NCBI GenBank assembly: GCA_951406725.2
Contig: OX597824.1
Coordinates: forward strand, 33,046,001 to 33,110,000
Direction of reading: 5' to 3'
From: Octopus vulgaris
Lineage: Eukaryota
DNA: 64,000 nucleotides
The translations under genes were made by a program, and so were the position numbers. Shown here piece after piece: positions 1 through 11,627 of this stretch. Below the pieces are notes generated by a model. The model did no database searches and had not been told where the DNA came from. It saw only the letters and a list, made by a program, of their open reading frames with translations. Numbering within the stretch: position 1 is the first letter of the stretch; each line of letters opens with the position of its first letter.

Positions 1-606
1 TTCTCTCTCCTCCTCACACACACACACACATTCCAAGTTTGACTTGCAGAAAACCACCCAGAGGGCAGTCTTTCTGCTAGTGTGTTTAATTGGCAAAAAT
101 CCCAAATATAACAATATCTGTTTCAACACAGATTTTCACATCAAGAATTTTGCAAAAATACATAAGTGTATAATAAATATGTACTCTACAAAAACCATTC
201 AGAAATCTTTCAGTTTAATGTAAAATTGTTTAATTATAGCTTAACATGAAAACAAACACACAAGTGTATGTGTGGGGGTTTGTGTGTGTAGATAATATAT
301 AATTTCACTACAAGTTTCCACAAACTCAAACTACACATCTTCACAGCATTCCCTCAATGTCTAAATTTCCCACTATAATCACAAGCAAATCTCCTGAGCA
401 CAACATTTCATGGGAGAAACATAATGCTTCTATTTCATTTTGGAACCTGTGTTCTAGAGTATTAAAAGTATTACTTTCTGAAAAATACACTAATCTTATA
501 CTACAAGCAAACATTACTGTGTTATGGCTAAGAGTTTATAACCCGAGTGAAACTGGGTCCTTCTGCTAGTATATATATATATATATATAGATATATATAT
601 ATATAT

Positions 607-1010
607 TACTCTTTACTCTTTTACTTGTTTCAGTCATTTGACTGCAGCCATGCTGGAGCACCGCCTTTAGTCGAGCAAATTGACCCCGGGACATATTCTT
701 TGTAAGCCTAGTACTTATTCTATCTGTCTCTTTTGCCGAACCGCTAAGTGACGGGGACATAAACACACCAGCATCGGTTGTCAAGCAATGCTAGGGGGAC
801 AAACACAGACACACAAACATATACACACACATACATATATATATATATATACGACGAGTCTCTTTCAGTTGCCGTCTACCAAATCCATTCACAAGGCATT
901 GGTCGGCCCAGGGCTATAGCAGAAGACACTTGCCCAAGATGCCACGCAGTGGGACTGAACCCGGAACCATGTGGTTGGTTAGCAAGCTACTTACCACACA
1001 GCCACTCCTG
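607..1010 (-). mobile_element. tRNA-derived SINE, family A (near full length)
   Basis: Reverse complement of the copy at 9741-10182: tRNA-like head, CTTGGGCAAGTG box, internal (TA)/(TG) tract, GTAAAAGA tail. Confidence 0.85.
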
Positions 1011-1861
1011 GGTTTCTTCATTACCAAATCCACTCCCAAGGCTTTGGTCAGCCCTGTGATTAGATAGAAGACACTTGCCAAAGCTGACACACAATGGGTT
1101 TGAACCTGAAACCATGTGGTAGGGGAAGCAAACTTCTTAACCACAAACAGTTACACCTGCACTGTAGTGTTAAGATACAGTGTGGTGATTAACAGACTCA
1201 TTAAAGCATCAACTAAAAATGTCTTGCATATGGTCCTTCACATTTTGAGTTCAAACTCCAGTGAGGTCAACTTTAATTTTGTTTTTTATTTGTTTTTTTT
1301 GTGGGGGTGGGGCTGGATAAAATAAAATACAAGTCAAGTAGTGGGATGTAACTAATTTGCCACCTCTCCCCAAAAACTTTACAACCACATGGTTTTGGGT
1401 TCAGTCCCACTACATGACACCTTCTACTATAACCAAAGAACAGCCAATGCCTTGAGTGACCTTAGATGGAAACTATATGGAAGCCAACAACCCATGCCAG
1501 CATAGAAGAGAGACATTAAATGATGATGATGGCGTGTGTGTGTATGTGTGTGATGTGCATATGTCTTTGTGCTTATAACCCCCACCACTGCAAGACAACC
1601 CATGTTGGTTTGTTTACACCCTTGTAACTTAGAAGTTCAGCAAAAGAGTTTGATAGAGTAAGTATCAAGCTTTAAGAATATAAAAACAGGAGTCAATTTG
1701 CTCAACTAAATCCTTCGAGGCATTACCCAAAAAATGGCTGCTGTCCAATGACAAAAACAAATTAAAGATAAAAGAGAACAGAGAACAACCTCGTAAAATA
1801 TGATAAAGTATTGATGACTTGCCATTCCTGGCAGCTGCTACGTGAATATTGATATTGCTCA

Positions 1862-2376
1862 TTTACCCATTTTTCATTTTCTGATCTCATTGATGTTTAC
1901 ATTAGGCATACTCAGATATGAAATGTAACAAATCAGTGTTGGCTGTATTTTCTATAGAGAATTTCTATAGAAGACCTGTAGAGCTAACCTTAACAAGTGA
2001 TTTAATAGCACTAACACAGTAGAACATAGTACTGACTTATAAAAGTGCTAATATACATTGTAGTATAATATGGTTGCATAACGAAATATGGTGTCCCCAC
2101 AAGTCATTAATATTTATGTACCAGCTTCTAGGAATGTGTTTAACACATAAAACTGGTGTATCCAATAATGTTACACTGCTACATTTAATGGCTATTTAAG
2201 CAATGAGTTCGTAGATGGTTAATGGGTTGGATGGGTGCTGATGAAGGAGCAAGAACTCCTGTAATATGGCATACGCACCCACTGCCCATTTTTCATCTTC
2301 TATCTTGTTGTTTACATTAAACAGACTCGAATATGAAATGTTATGGTGAAAGTATAGCCAACACTGATTTGTTACA
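1862..2376 (+). mobile_element. Penelope-like pseudo-LTR remnant (direct plus inverted repeat) with degenerate hammerhead motif
   Basis: About 1865-1926 is repeated directly at about 2286-2341. TGTAACAAATCAGTGTTGGCT (about 1924) is inverted at about 2355-2375. CTGATGA-AGGAG/CTCCT-GTAA motif at 2233-2280. Confidence 0.6.
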
Positions 2377-2645
2377 AGTGATATGGTAAAGTGATATTTA
2401 TCATATAAACTACTTTGGATTAATCCATGCAGGTATGACTTTTTCTGTGTATATGTATGTTATGAATGGACTTTTATAATCACAGAAAAGCACTGGCATT
2501 CTGGAGGGGAAGAGAAGACCAGGAGAAACCAAATGATAAGTGAGATATGGACATTGACTGTTCAAGATCCACACAAGTAGAGAGAAGTGAACTGTAAATG
2601 GTTTCTTCTATTTGTTATTTGTTTCAGTCATTAGACTGTGGCCAT

Positions 2646-4483
2646 GTGATGAAAGTTGCAGAGAGAGTTATCGCCCAACTAATCAGGGAGAGAGTTAGTC
2701 TAGATGAGATACAGTTTGAGTTTGTGCCAGGTGGGAGCACAACTGATGCTATATTTCTGGTAAGGCAACTGCAGGAAAAATACCTAGCCAAAGATAAACC
2801 TCTGCACCTGGCATTTATTGACTTGGAGAAAGCTTTTGACAGAGTCCTCTGATCCATTATCCAATGGTCAATGCAGATACTAGGGATAGACGAGTGGTTG
2901 GTGAGAGCTGTAAAAACCTTGAACAAGGACACTACCAGTAAGATGAGGGTGGGCAATGAGTACAGCAAAGAATTCGAGGTACAAGTAGAGGATTGGTGTT
3001 CAGCCCCTTCTTGTTCATCATAGTCCTCCAGGCAATAGCGGAGGAATTCAAGACAGGCTGCCCCTGAGAAATCCTCTATGCTGATGACCTTGCTCTTATA
3101 GCTGAATCACAAGAGAAGTTCCAGGTATGGAAACAAGGTCTAGAATCAAAGGGCCTTAGAGTTAACCTAGCAAAAACCAAAGTCATAGTAAGTAGGAAGG
3201 CAGACAAATCACAAATCCCCTCAGGTAGATGGTCCTGGTCAATCTGTAGAAAAGGTGTAGGTAGAAACTCCATAAGATGCACCCAGTGTAAGCTTTGGAC
3301 ACACAAAAGATGCAGCAACATCAAAGGAAGTTTAGCAGAAAAACTAACTTTTATATGTGGAACATGCACAGGCATAATAAATGCTGAACAAGTGAGGAAA
3401 ATAGATTCCATCAACTACCGGGGGGGGGGGGCAAGTCAGAGGTAGTAGATAGCTTCCAGTATCTAGCTGACCAGGTTAGTAGTGGAGATGGTTCTTCCGA
3501 GAGCATAGCTGTGAGAATAAGATTAGGCTGGGCAAAGTTCAGAGAGTTCCTACCCCTGCTAGCAACAAAGGGCCTCTTTCTAAGAGTGAAAAGCAGATTG
3601 ATGCCTGTGTGCAAACAGCTATGCTGCATGGCAGTGAAACATGGGGCTATGACAGAAAAGTTAGGCATAAGAGGAACCAGATGTGGTGTGCAAGAGAGAC
3701 TGCACTGGTATGGTCATGTGATGCATATGGACAAGGTCAGTTGTGTAAAGAAGTACCAATCTTTAACTGTGAGGGACCTGTGGTAGAGGTAGACCCAGGA
3801 AGTCATGGGATGAGGCAGTGAAGCATGATCTTTGAACTTTGAGGCAATGACTAGTGACCGAGACCTTTGACAATATGCTCTACTTATGGGAACCCATCAA
3901 GCCAAGTGCACCTGTGCTGGTGGCATATAGAGTAAAATCAACCTTTCAATATTGGGCCCCATGGAGACAAAGTGGCTGAGTACCTTTTGAGCATCGGGCC
4001 CAACGGAGGCAAAATGACTGAGTTCTTTCGAGCATTGGGCCTCATGGAGGCAAAGTGGCTGATTTTTTTTGAAGTGTTAGCACAGAAGCAAGGTGGCTGA
4101 GTTCCTTTTGAATGGGCCTCACAGAGGCGAGGTGGCTGAGTTCCTTTCAAGCATTGGACCTCATGGAGGCAAAGTGGCCAAGTTCATTTCTAGTGTTGGG
4201 CCTCACGGAGGCAATGGCCAAGACCTTTGGCATTATGTCATGCTTGAGAAGACCCATCAAGCTGAGCAAAATCGCAGTCATGGCAAACACTGGTGTCATG
4301 TAAATGGCACGTAAAAGCATCCATTACACTCTCAGAGTGGGTGGTGTTAGGAAGGGCATCCAACCATAGAAAACCATGCCAAATCTGACTGGATCTTGGC
4401 ACAGCCTTCCAGCATGCCAGCCCAGTCAAACCGTTCAACCCATGTCAGCATGGACAACAGATGTTAAATGATCATGATGATGA
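2646..4483 (+). mobile_element. 5'-truncated RTE-clade LINE (decayed RT, 3' UTR, (GAT)n tail)
   Basis: Translates to QFEFVPGGSTTDAIFLVRQLQEKYL...AFIDLEKAFDRV; YADD at about 3077-3088; RIRLGWAKFREFLPLL. Many frameshifts. Same family as 25913-27135. Confidence 0.92.
3952..4215 (+). repeat. About 41-42 bp tandem array (about 7 units) derived from the RTE ORF end
   Basis: Repeating TTGGGCCTCATGGAGGCAAAGTGGCTGAGTTCCTTT; the unit start matches the RTE codons LGLTEA. Confidence 0.8.
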
Positions 4484-4845
4484 TATATATACTTGTATGC
4501 TAATGTGTTTTGTCTTGAATCTCAATGTGAATCTCTCATGTGTGAATACCTGAAGTGAGCTAGTTACCACAAGGACAAATATTTATGTCACACTAGTCAA
4601 AACATGTTTTGAGAAACTTAATCAGCCGTGTGAAATACCAAAAACAACATTTCTACTCAAATAATGTATTTTTGTGTGATGCAATATCAATATAAAACAA
4701 TCTAATTGTTGTTTTTCATTTGAAAAGTAAACGAAGTTAAATCAATATACATACATATGTGACTGAAACTCAAAACTTTTCAAGAGTTGTGAGGTAAATG
4801 GATATTTCAAAATTCTCTTTGCTTTATAAAATGTTTCAGGTGAAT

Positions 4846-4880
4846 ACTTACCTAGAACGGAGAAGATAATTAATAAACAA
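4846..4880 (-). promoter_or_regulatory. Candidate recursive splice site (3'ss immediately followed by 5'ss)
   Basis: Minus strand reads tttattaattatcttctccgttcTAG|GTAAGT, junction at 4852/4851, in non-repetitive DNA. Confidence 0.4.
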
Positions 4881-6554
4881 TACAATCAAATCATTATATA
4901 AATAGGAAATGAAAGACAGCACTGTTAGTCTGGAGTTCTTGATTGAAAAGTTAGTATATTTTGAGAAACCAGTTCTCACACAGAAACTAGCTTTTCAACT
5001 ACACCTTATTGATATCTTGATGAGTTTACAAACTAAAAGGAAGCCTCTATGTAAACATGCAAGCTGCTAGAAATAACAAAAATTTCCTTCAAATCACACC
5101 CAGTGACACTGGTTTCAAATTTTGGCACAAGGCCAGCAATTTGGGGAGAGGGGGTAAGTTGATTGCACTTACCCCAGTGCTCAGCTGGTACTTATTTTAT
5201 CGGCCTTGAAAGGATGAAAGGTAAATGTGAACCCAGAATGTAAAGATGGATGAAATACTGCTAAGCTTTTTACCTGGAGTGCTAACAATTCTGCCAGCTT
5301 ACTGCCTTAAGAGACTGTGTGATATTAAAGAAGGAAACATTTATCGGGGTTAATTCAGGAGATGTTGTTTCTTAATCCTTTACCAGTCCTGTGTGATACA
5401 CTGAACACATTTTGCTGCCATCCATGCATCATATGTGGTACACACTCCTCACAATTTTTTCAACCACTAGAGCCACTTGGGACATATGAAAGGAAAGCTT
5501 TATATTACTTGGAACATATAAAATGAGGCCTAACTAAAACTTTGACAACAATTGTGGGTATTTAGGAGAATCTTATGAAAATGATTTGGAGAGGGAAAAG
5601 GATAAATAAAAATGGGACAATCATAGTTGAATGTCTCTGATTAGTCTTCTCAATCAGGACTGACCTTGGGATAAAAATAACCTGGTTAGTAATGGATTGA
5701 TTGGAATTTATTGAGCTTTTCAGAAAATAATGATCTAAAGTTGTATTTCAAAACTATCCCAGTCAAATATCTAAAGAAAAACATGTTTGAATACTTGTCT
5801 ATGTGAACAATGACATCAATTTAAAGGTGGTGCTCCAGCATGACTGAAGCAAATAAAAGAGTAAAAGAGTAATTACTGTATTATTTTGGCAGAGTGTAGA
5901 GCTGTGAATCAACACATTCATTTGTGTTGCACATAACTCTCAAATGATAGATATTCCTATAAAAGACCAATTAATACAAGGGTGAGCCGGAAAGTAATGC
6001 AAATAAAATTGCCTTACTTTATGACTCACCCAGAAAACCGGATATCCAATTCCTAGCTTGCATTAAACAGTCACAAATTCATCTTGAAGAGTTTATTTGT
6101 TCACATTATTCGTTTATTATTTATTGTAACTGTCAAACAAATCATCATCAACTTAACCTCAAGTTTTCCATGCTTGCATAGGTTGGCTGGAATTTCTTGA
6201 GGCAGATTTTCTATGACTAGATGCCCCTCCTGTTGCCAACTCTCATCTGTTTCCAAATAAGGTAATATTTCCCCATTATAAGAAGTATCATCATCAATCT
6301 GATCTGGCAAGGTTTCTACATGGCCTTCCTAACACCAACCACTCCGAGAGCATAATGGGTGCAGAAATGGCAACAACCACGCTCAAATGGTGCTTTTTAC
6401 ATGCCATCAGCATCAAAGCCAGTCAGACATCACTGGCATCGAACACACTCGAATGGTGCTTTTTATGTGCCACCAGTAAGGGGGCCAGTCAGGCGGCAGT
6501 ACTGGCATCAGCCACAACAATGATTTCACTTCGTTCAACAGGTCTTCTCAACTG

Positions 6555-6895
6555 ATGATCTAGTGATGTGCACAATTCTTCTATATCAAAATTTTGTTGC
6601 ATACCCAATTGAATATTAGCTCCCCTCAAGCTTCCAGACCCTTCTTTTTCATGCTGGTCATCTTCTAGGCATCCATTTAGCCCTGATCCTGAAGTCACTA
6701 ACTACTAAACTATGTTGTGGGGTGCATTCTTCACCTGGGAAGGTTTTAGTATTTATAAGTAGCCATCTTTCCCGTTTCCTGGTGAAGATGTAGTCAATCT
6801 GACTAGTGTCTCCACCAGGCCAGTAGGTGAATAGGTGACTGGTAGGTTTCCTGAAGTTAGTATTACAGACCATAAGATCATTTGCATGGAAATGA
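6555..6895 (-). mobile_element. RTE LINE apurinic endonuclease fragment
   Basis: ORF 6658-6909: ANDLMVCNTNFRKPTSHLFTY...SQIDYIFTR...ECTPQHSLVVSDFRI, the C-terminal half of the RTE APE domain. Confidence 0.88.
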
Positions 6896-7099
6896 AGGAC
6901 ACTATGCATGACAGTGACACTTGCTTACAACCTTCACATAGTATCAAGACAGTATATCACACAACACACACACAATGTGTCTCTTTCATTTTCCATCTCC
7001 CAAATCCACTCACAAGGCTTTGGTCAGCCCAAGGTGAAGCTGAAGACATTTGAAGTGGGACTGAACCCAAGACCACATGGGCCGGAAGCAAGATTCTTA

Positions 7100-7318
7100 T
7101 TTCTTTATTGCCCACAAAGGGCTAAACATAGAGGGGACAAACAAGGACAGACAAAGGGATTAAGTCGATTACATTGACCCCAGTGCATAACTGGTACTTA
7201 ATTTATCGACCCCGAAAGGATGAAAGGCAAAGTCGACCTCAGCAGAATTTGAACTCAGAATGTAAAAACAGACGAAATACCACTAAGCATTTTGCCCAGT
7301 GTGCTAACATTTCTGCCA
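7100..7318 (-). mobile_element. SINE family B with 15-bp TSD, nested in a family A SINE
   Basis: Central GCCTTTCATCCTTTCGGGGTCGATAAATTAAGTACCAG box; GAAGCAAGATTCTTA duplicated at 7085-7099 and 7319-7333. Confidence 0.85.
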
Positions 7319-7963
7319 GAAGCAAGATTCTTACCACACTGCCATGCCTGCACTTATTTTATGATGTTTTGTTAAATTCTGCATTTAACAATAGACGTTA
7401 ATAAAAATTAGCAAATGTTCTGGAAAAACATAACACATTGTCACACATTTTAAATTCACCATATCAATTCTAATAAGATTTTGGTTTAGAAGTTAGCTTC
7501 CAAACATGAAGTCCCAGTTTCAATCCTATTGTGCAGCACTATGGAGATTCATCTTCTCCCATTTCTTCAGGTTGACCAATACTTAGGGAATGGAATTTGG
7601 TAGAAAGAAATTGTAGGAGTATCTTTTATCTTTTACTTGTTTCAGTAATTGAACAACGGCCATGCTACAGCACTACCTTGATGAGCTTAGCTGAACAAAT
7701 TGACCCCAGTACTTATTCTATAGGTCTTTCGGAAGGGCAAAGACAAAGACACATGCATATGAATGCACACATGCACAAACACTCACATACATGATAGGCT
7801 TCCACACAGTTTCCATCTACCAAATTCACACACACAAGGGATTGGTTGACCTGGTGCTATAGGAAAAGACAACTTGCAAAAGGTGCAATGCAGTGGGACT
7901 GAATCTGAAACCAAATATTTGCAAAGTAAGTTTCTTAACCACACAGCCATTCCTGTTCTTATA

Positions 7964-8190
7964 TAGGAAGAGGGGCTGAAAACTTCCTCGTTTTGAGCAT
8001 AAGAAAATACAGAAGGATCAGTTAATTATGATTTTAGTTAATATATACATATTCCCCTCTCATATTTACACACTTATTGTAGCAGTCCTTCAGTTTTTCT
8101 AAGCCCTGTAAAAGAACTCAGAAGGTTGGGTCTCCAACCAGGCTTTCTGAGATACCCTTAAATCCAGGAACTACTCAGTACCCGCTCATG
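7964..8190. mobile_element. Diverged mariner-type MITE
   Basis: Imperfect terminal inverted repeats: GAGGGGCTGAAAACTTCCT on the left, AGGAACTACTCAGTACCCGCTC on the right. Confidence 0.45.
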
Positions 8191-9202
8191 TGTATGTATA
8201 CACACACGTGCGTGCGTGCACACACACACACAAACAGCAAAAACAAAATCATTTGCACTGTTTATTTTGCACCCAGAAATGCAGTAAATCAGTGAGTGGT
8301 CCAATCAAAACCTGTGACCAATGAGGTTTTTTTGTTCTCCAATTGTGATAGGAAATAAATAAATAAATGAATAAATAAATAAATAAATAAAGGATAACCA
8401 TAGAAATTAATGAGATGCCAGTATGTAAGGCAATTAAAAGAATGAGGTCAGGAATAATTATTAAACCCTCAAACATAGTTGATTTCAATATGTCCTGATA
8501 GCTGGCTGCAAGCAATAAGTTGTGTGTTAGTCGAGATATCAACAAAAATAGATATCTTTTGTTTTACTTATTTCAGTCAATAGACTGCGGCCATGCTAGG
8601 GTACAACCTTGAAGAATGTTAGTTAAAGAAATTGGCCCCAATACATTTTTCTTTCTTTTTTCTTTTTGAAGCCTGATTTCACTGAATCATTAAGTTACAG
8701 AGACATAAATACACTCACATCAGTTGTCAAGTGGTGGTGGGGGACAAAAACCAAGGCACACATATATATATACATACATACAATATATATAATATATATA
8801 TAAAAGTTTCTGTCTACCAATTATTTCATAGGCGCAGGAGTAGCTGTATGCTAAGTAGCTTGCTTACCAACCACAAAGTTCTGGGTTCAGTCCCACTGTG
8901 TGGCACCTTGGACAAGTGTCTTCTACTATAGCCTTGGGCCAACCAAAGCCTTGAGAGTGGATGTGGTAGAAGGAAACTGAAAGAAGCCCATCATATATAC
9001 ATATACATATGTATATATATATGTATGTGTGTGTGTTTCTCCCCCCAACATCGCCTGACAACTGATGCAGGTGTGTTTACATCCCCCGTAACTTAGTGGT
9101 TCGACAAAAGAGACTGATAGAATAAGTACTAAGCTTACAAGGAAAAAGTCCTGGGGTCTATTTGCTCGACTAAAGGTGGTGCTCCAGTAAAAGAATAAAA
9201 GA

Positions 9203-9233
<31 letters not shown>

Positions 9234-9500
9234 TGACAGGCTTCTAAAAGTTTCTGTCTACCAATTATTTCATTATTATGGAAGGCCTTGATCAACCCAA
9301 GGCTATCGCATAAGACACCTGCCCCAAAGTGCCACACAGTGAGATTGAACCTGGAACTGCGAAGCAAACTTCTTACCACAAAACCACACCTGCACATATA
9401 TATTTTTTAAAGCTACATTGTTAAAATAAAAATGATATTGTCTTAAATACTAAAATTCCACTCTTTATCATTGTAACTTTACACCGAAAATGTAAATTAA

Positions 9501-9637
9501 GTTGTGTCTGGGGAGAGTCATTTTCTTCTTATGCCTTACAATGTAACACACTCACCGGTAAAATTTCCACTTACTTCTTATTCTTATTTTCCTAAAATTT
9601 TCGTTGCGTCTTGCAACCTTTTCAATAGTCTTGACTC
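9501..9637 (-). mobile_element. Penelope-like pLTR fragment
   Basis: Same sequence as the left arm of the fold-back at 16128-16365; carries a hammerhead motif. Confidence 0.6.
9591..9628 (-). ncRNA. Minimal type I hammerhead ribozyme motif, U3-A8 core variant
   Basis: Minus strand CUA-UUGAAAA-G-GUUGC(AAGAC)GCAAC-GAA-AAUU-U-UAG: stem I CUA/UAG, 5-bp stem II, palindromic AAUU stem III. Confidence 0.55.
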
Positions 9638-9740
9638 TCTAAATTAAGTTGGTGTTAATGTAAAAGACTTAAACTAAAATTTTTTTCAGTTTTGCTCGAG
9701 AAGGTAAGGGAGGATTTCTTTTTGAATTATATCCTAAACT

Positions 9741-9906
9741 GGCGCAGGAGTAGCTGTGTGGTAAGTAGCTTGCTAACCAACCACGTGGTTCCGGGTTCAG
9801 TCCCACTGCATGGCATCTTGGGCAAGTGTCTTCTGCTATAGCCCCGGGCTGACCAATGCCTTGTGAGTGGATTTAGTAGACAGAAACTGAAAGAAGCCTG
9901 TATATG

Positions 9907-9941
<35 letters not shown>

Positions 9942-10182
9942 AGTGTGTGTGTATATATGTTTGTGTGTCTGTGTTTGTACCCCTAGCATTGCTTGACAAC
10001 CGATGCTGGTGTGTTTACGTCCCCGTCACTTAGCGGTTCGGCAAAAGAGACCGATAGAATAAGTACTGGGCTTACAAAGAATAAGTCCCGGGGTCGAGTT
10101 GCTCGACTAAAGGCGGTGCTCCAGCATGGCCGCAGTCAAATGACTGAAACAACTAAAAGAGTAAAAGAGAGAAAGAGAGTAA
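9741..10182 (+). mobile_element. tRNA-derived SINE, family A (full length, young)
   Basis: GGCGCAGGAGTAGCTGTGTGGTAAG head, B-box-like GGTTCAGTCCC, internal microsatellite, GTAAAAGA tail. Many copies in the window. Confidence 0.88.
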
Positions 10183-11020
10183 ACATTTTATTATTTCAAA
10201 CATGTAAGGTGGTGAGCTGGCAAAATTGTTAGCATGCCGGACAAAATGCTTATACAGTATTTTGACCGTTTCAACATTTTGAGTTCAAACTCTGTCAAAG
10301 TCAATTTTGCTTTAAATCCTTTCAAAGTCAGTGTAATAAGTACCAGTTGTGCACTGGGGCTGATATAATTGACTAGCTTCTTTCCCCACAAAAAATCTCA
10401 GGTCTTGTGCCTATAGTAGAAAGGATTATTTTGAACATGTGATGTGCCTTATGGCCAGTTACTGTAAGGGAGAAAATCATTTTTGGATAAATTTTGGTGG
10501 GATTAAAAGTTTGAATTTTAAGTCAGTGTCCAAGGAAGAAAATGTATTATCGGATTCTTGGCCATGCTGGGGCACTGCTAGTGAACATACATGCTTAATT
10601 TTTTTTTCTCTCTTATTCATAGGTAATCCTGTATTATTTATATCAAAAAATTTCTTTCCATTAAAACAAAAGAAACAGATTTTTACAGTTTGCTACCTTT
10701 CGCTAACCACACAACTTTGAGATGTAAATGAAACCTGTTTTCCAAATAGACAAACTGAGGGAAACGTGCCAGGCCCAATAACACATTTCTAATATAGAGA
10801 CATGGCCACAAATTTAAGGAGGGACACAATCAGTTTAATCAGCCATAGATAAATCTATTTTATTTGACCTTGGAAGAATGAAAGGAAATATTGATCACGG
10901 TGAAATTGAACTCAGAAACTGAAGTGGAATAATTGGAGGTAATTTGGTTGATGCTGTATAGATTGAGCTACTCACCACTCCCCAGGAGCAGATCTTAATG
11001 GCTATCAAGCAGCATCTTAA

Positions 11021-11234
11021 CCCTTTAGCGTTCAGAGTGTCAAACATAATGTTTATTTATTCAGATTGTTTGGAATTAATCATGCATTATCTTGTAACTT
11101 TGAGATTTCAATGATACGATTGTTTATTTCTAGAATGGTATTGTAGGGTAGATGTGAGAGGCTGGATCTGGCTGGTTTGAACCAAGAGCAGGTAGAATAA
11201 CTGGCCAGATATGGCCAATTTAAATCCTAAAGGG
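11021..11234 (+). mobile_element. piggyBac-like MITE
   Basis: TTAA|CCCTTTAG...CTAAAGGG|TTAA. Further copies near 14860-15037, 24015-24240, 29276-29721, 53740-53860 and 63820-64000. Confidence 0.8.
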
Positions 11235-11351
11235 TTAAATCCACAATTCTAGCTTCAGTTACCATTTTGTGAATCTAGTCAGTGACTAGATACAATCTAC
11301 AGATGTATTAGTCCAGATGCACCATACTCTGACATGTAATGGTTTAACTTA

Positions 11352-11627
11352 GGTCATCACCAGTGTTGCTGGACTGGCTCCTGTGCAGGTGGCACATAAA
11401 AAGCACCATTTGGGCGTGGCCGTTGCCAGTTCCACTAAACTGGCCCTCATGCCAGTGGCACGTAAAAGCACCCACTACTCTCTCGGAGTGGTTGGCGTAG
11501 GAAGGGCATCCAGCTGTAGAAACTCTGCCAGATCAGATTGGAGTCTGGTTCGCCAGACCTCAGTCAAATCGTCCAACCCATGCTAGCATGGAAAGCGGAC
11601 GTTAAATGATGATGATGATGATGATGA
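11352..11627 (+). mobile_element. Non-autonomous element sharing the RTE 3' tail (family D)
   Basis: GGTTGGCGTAGGAAGGGCATCCAGC box, CCCATGCTAGCATGG palindrome and (GAT)n tail match the 3' UTR of the RTE at 26760-27135. Confidence 0.82.
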
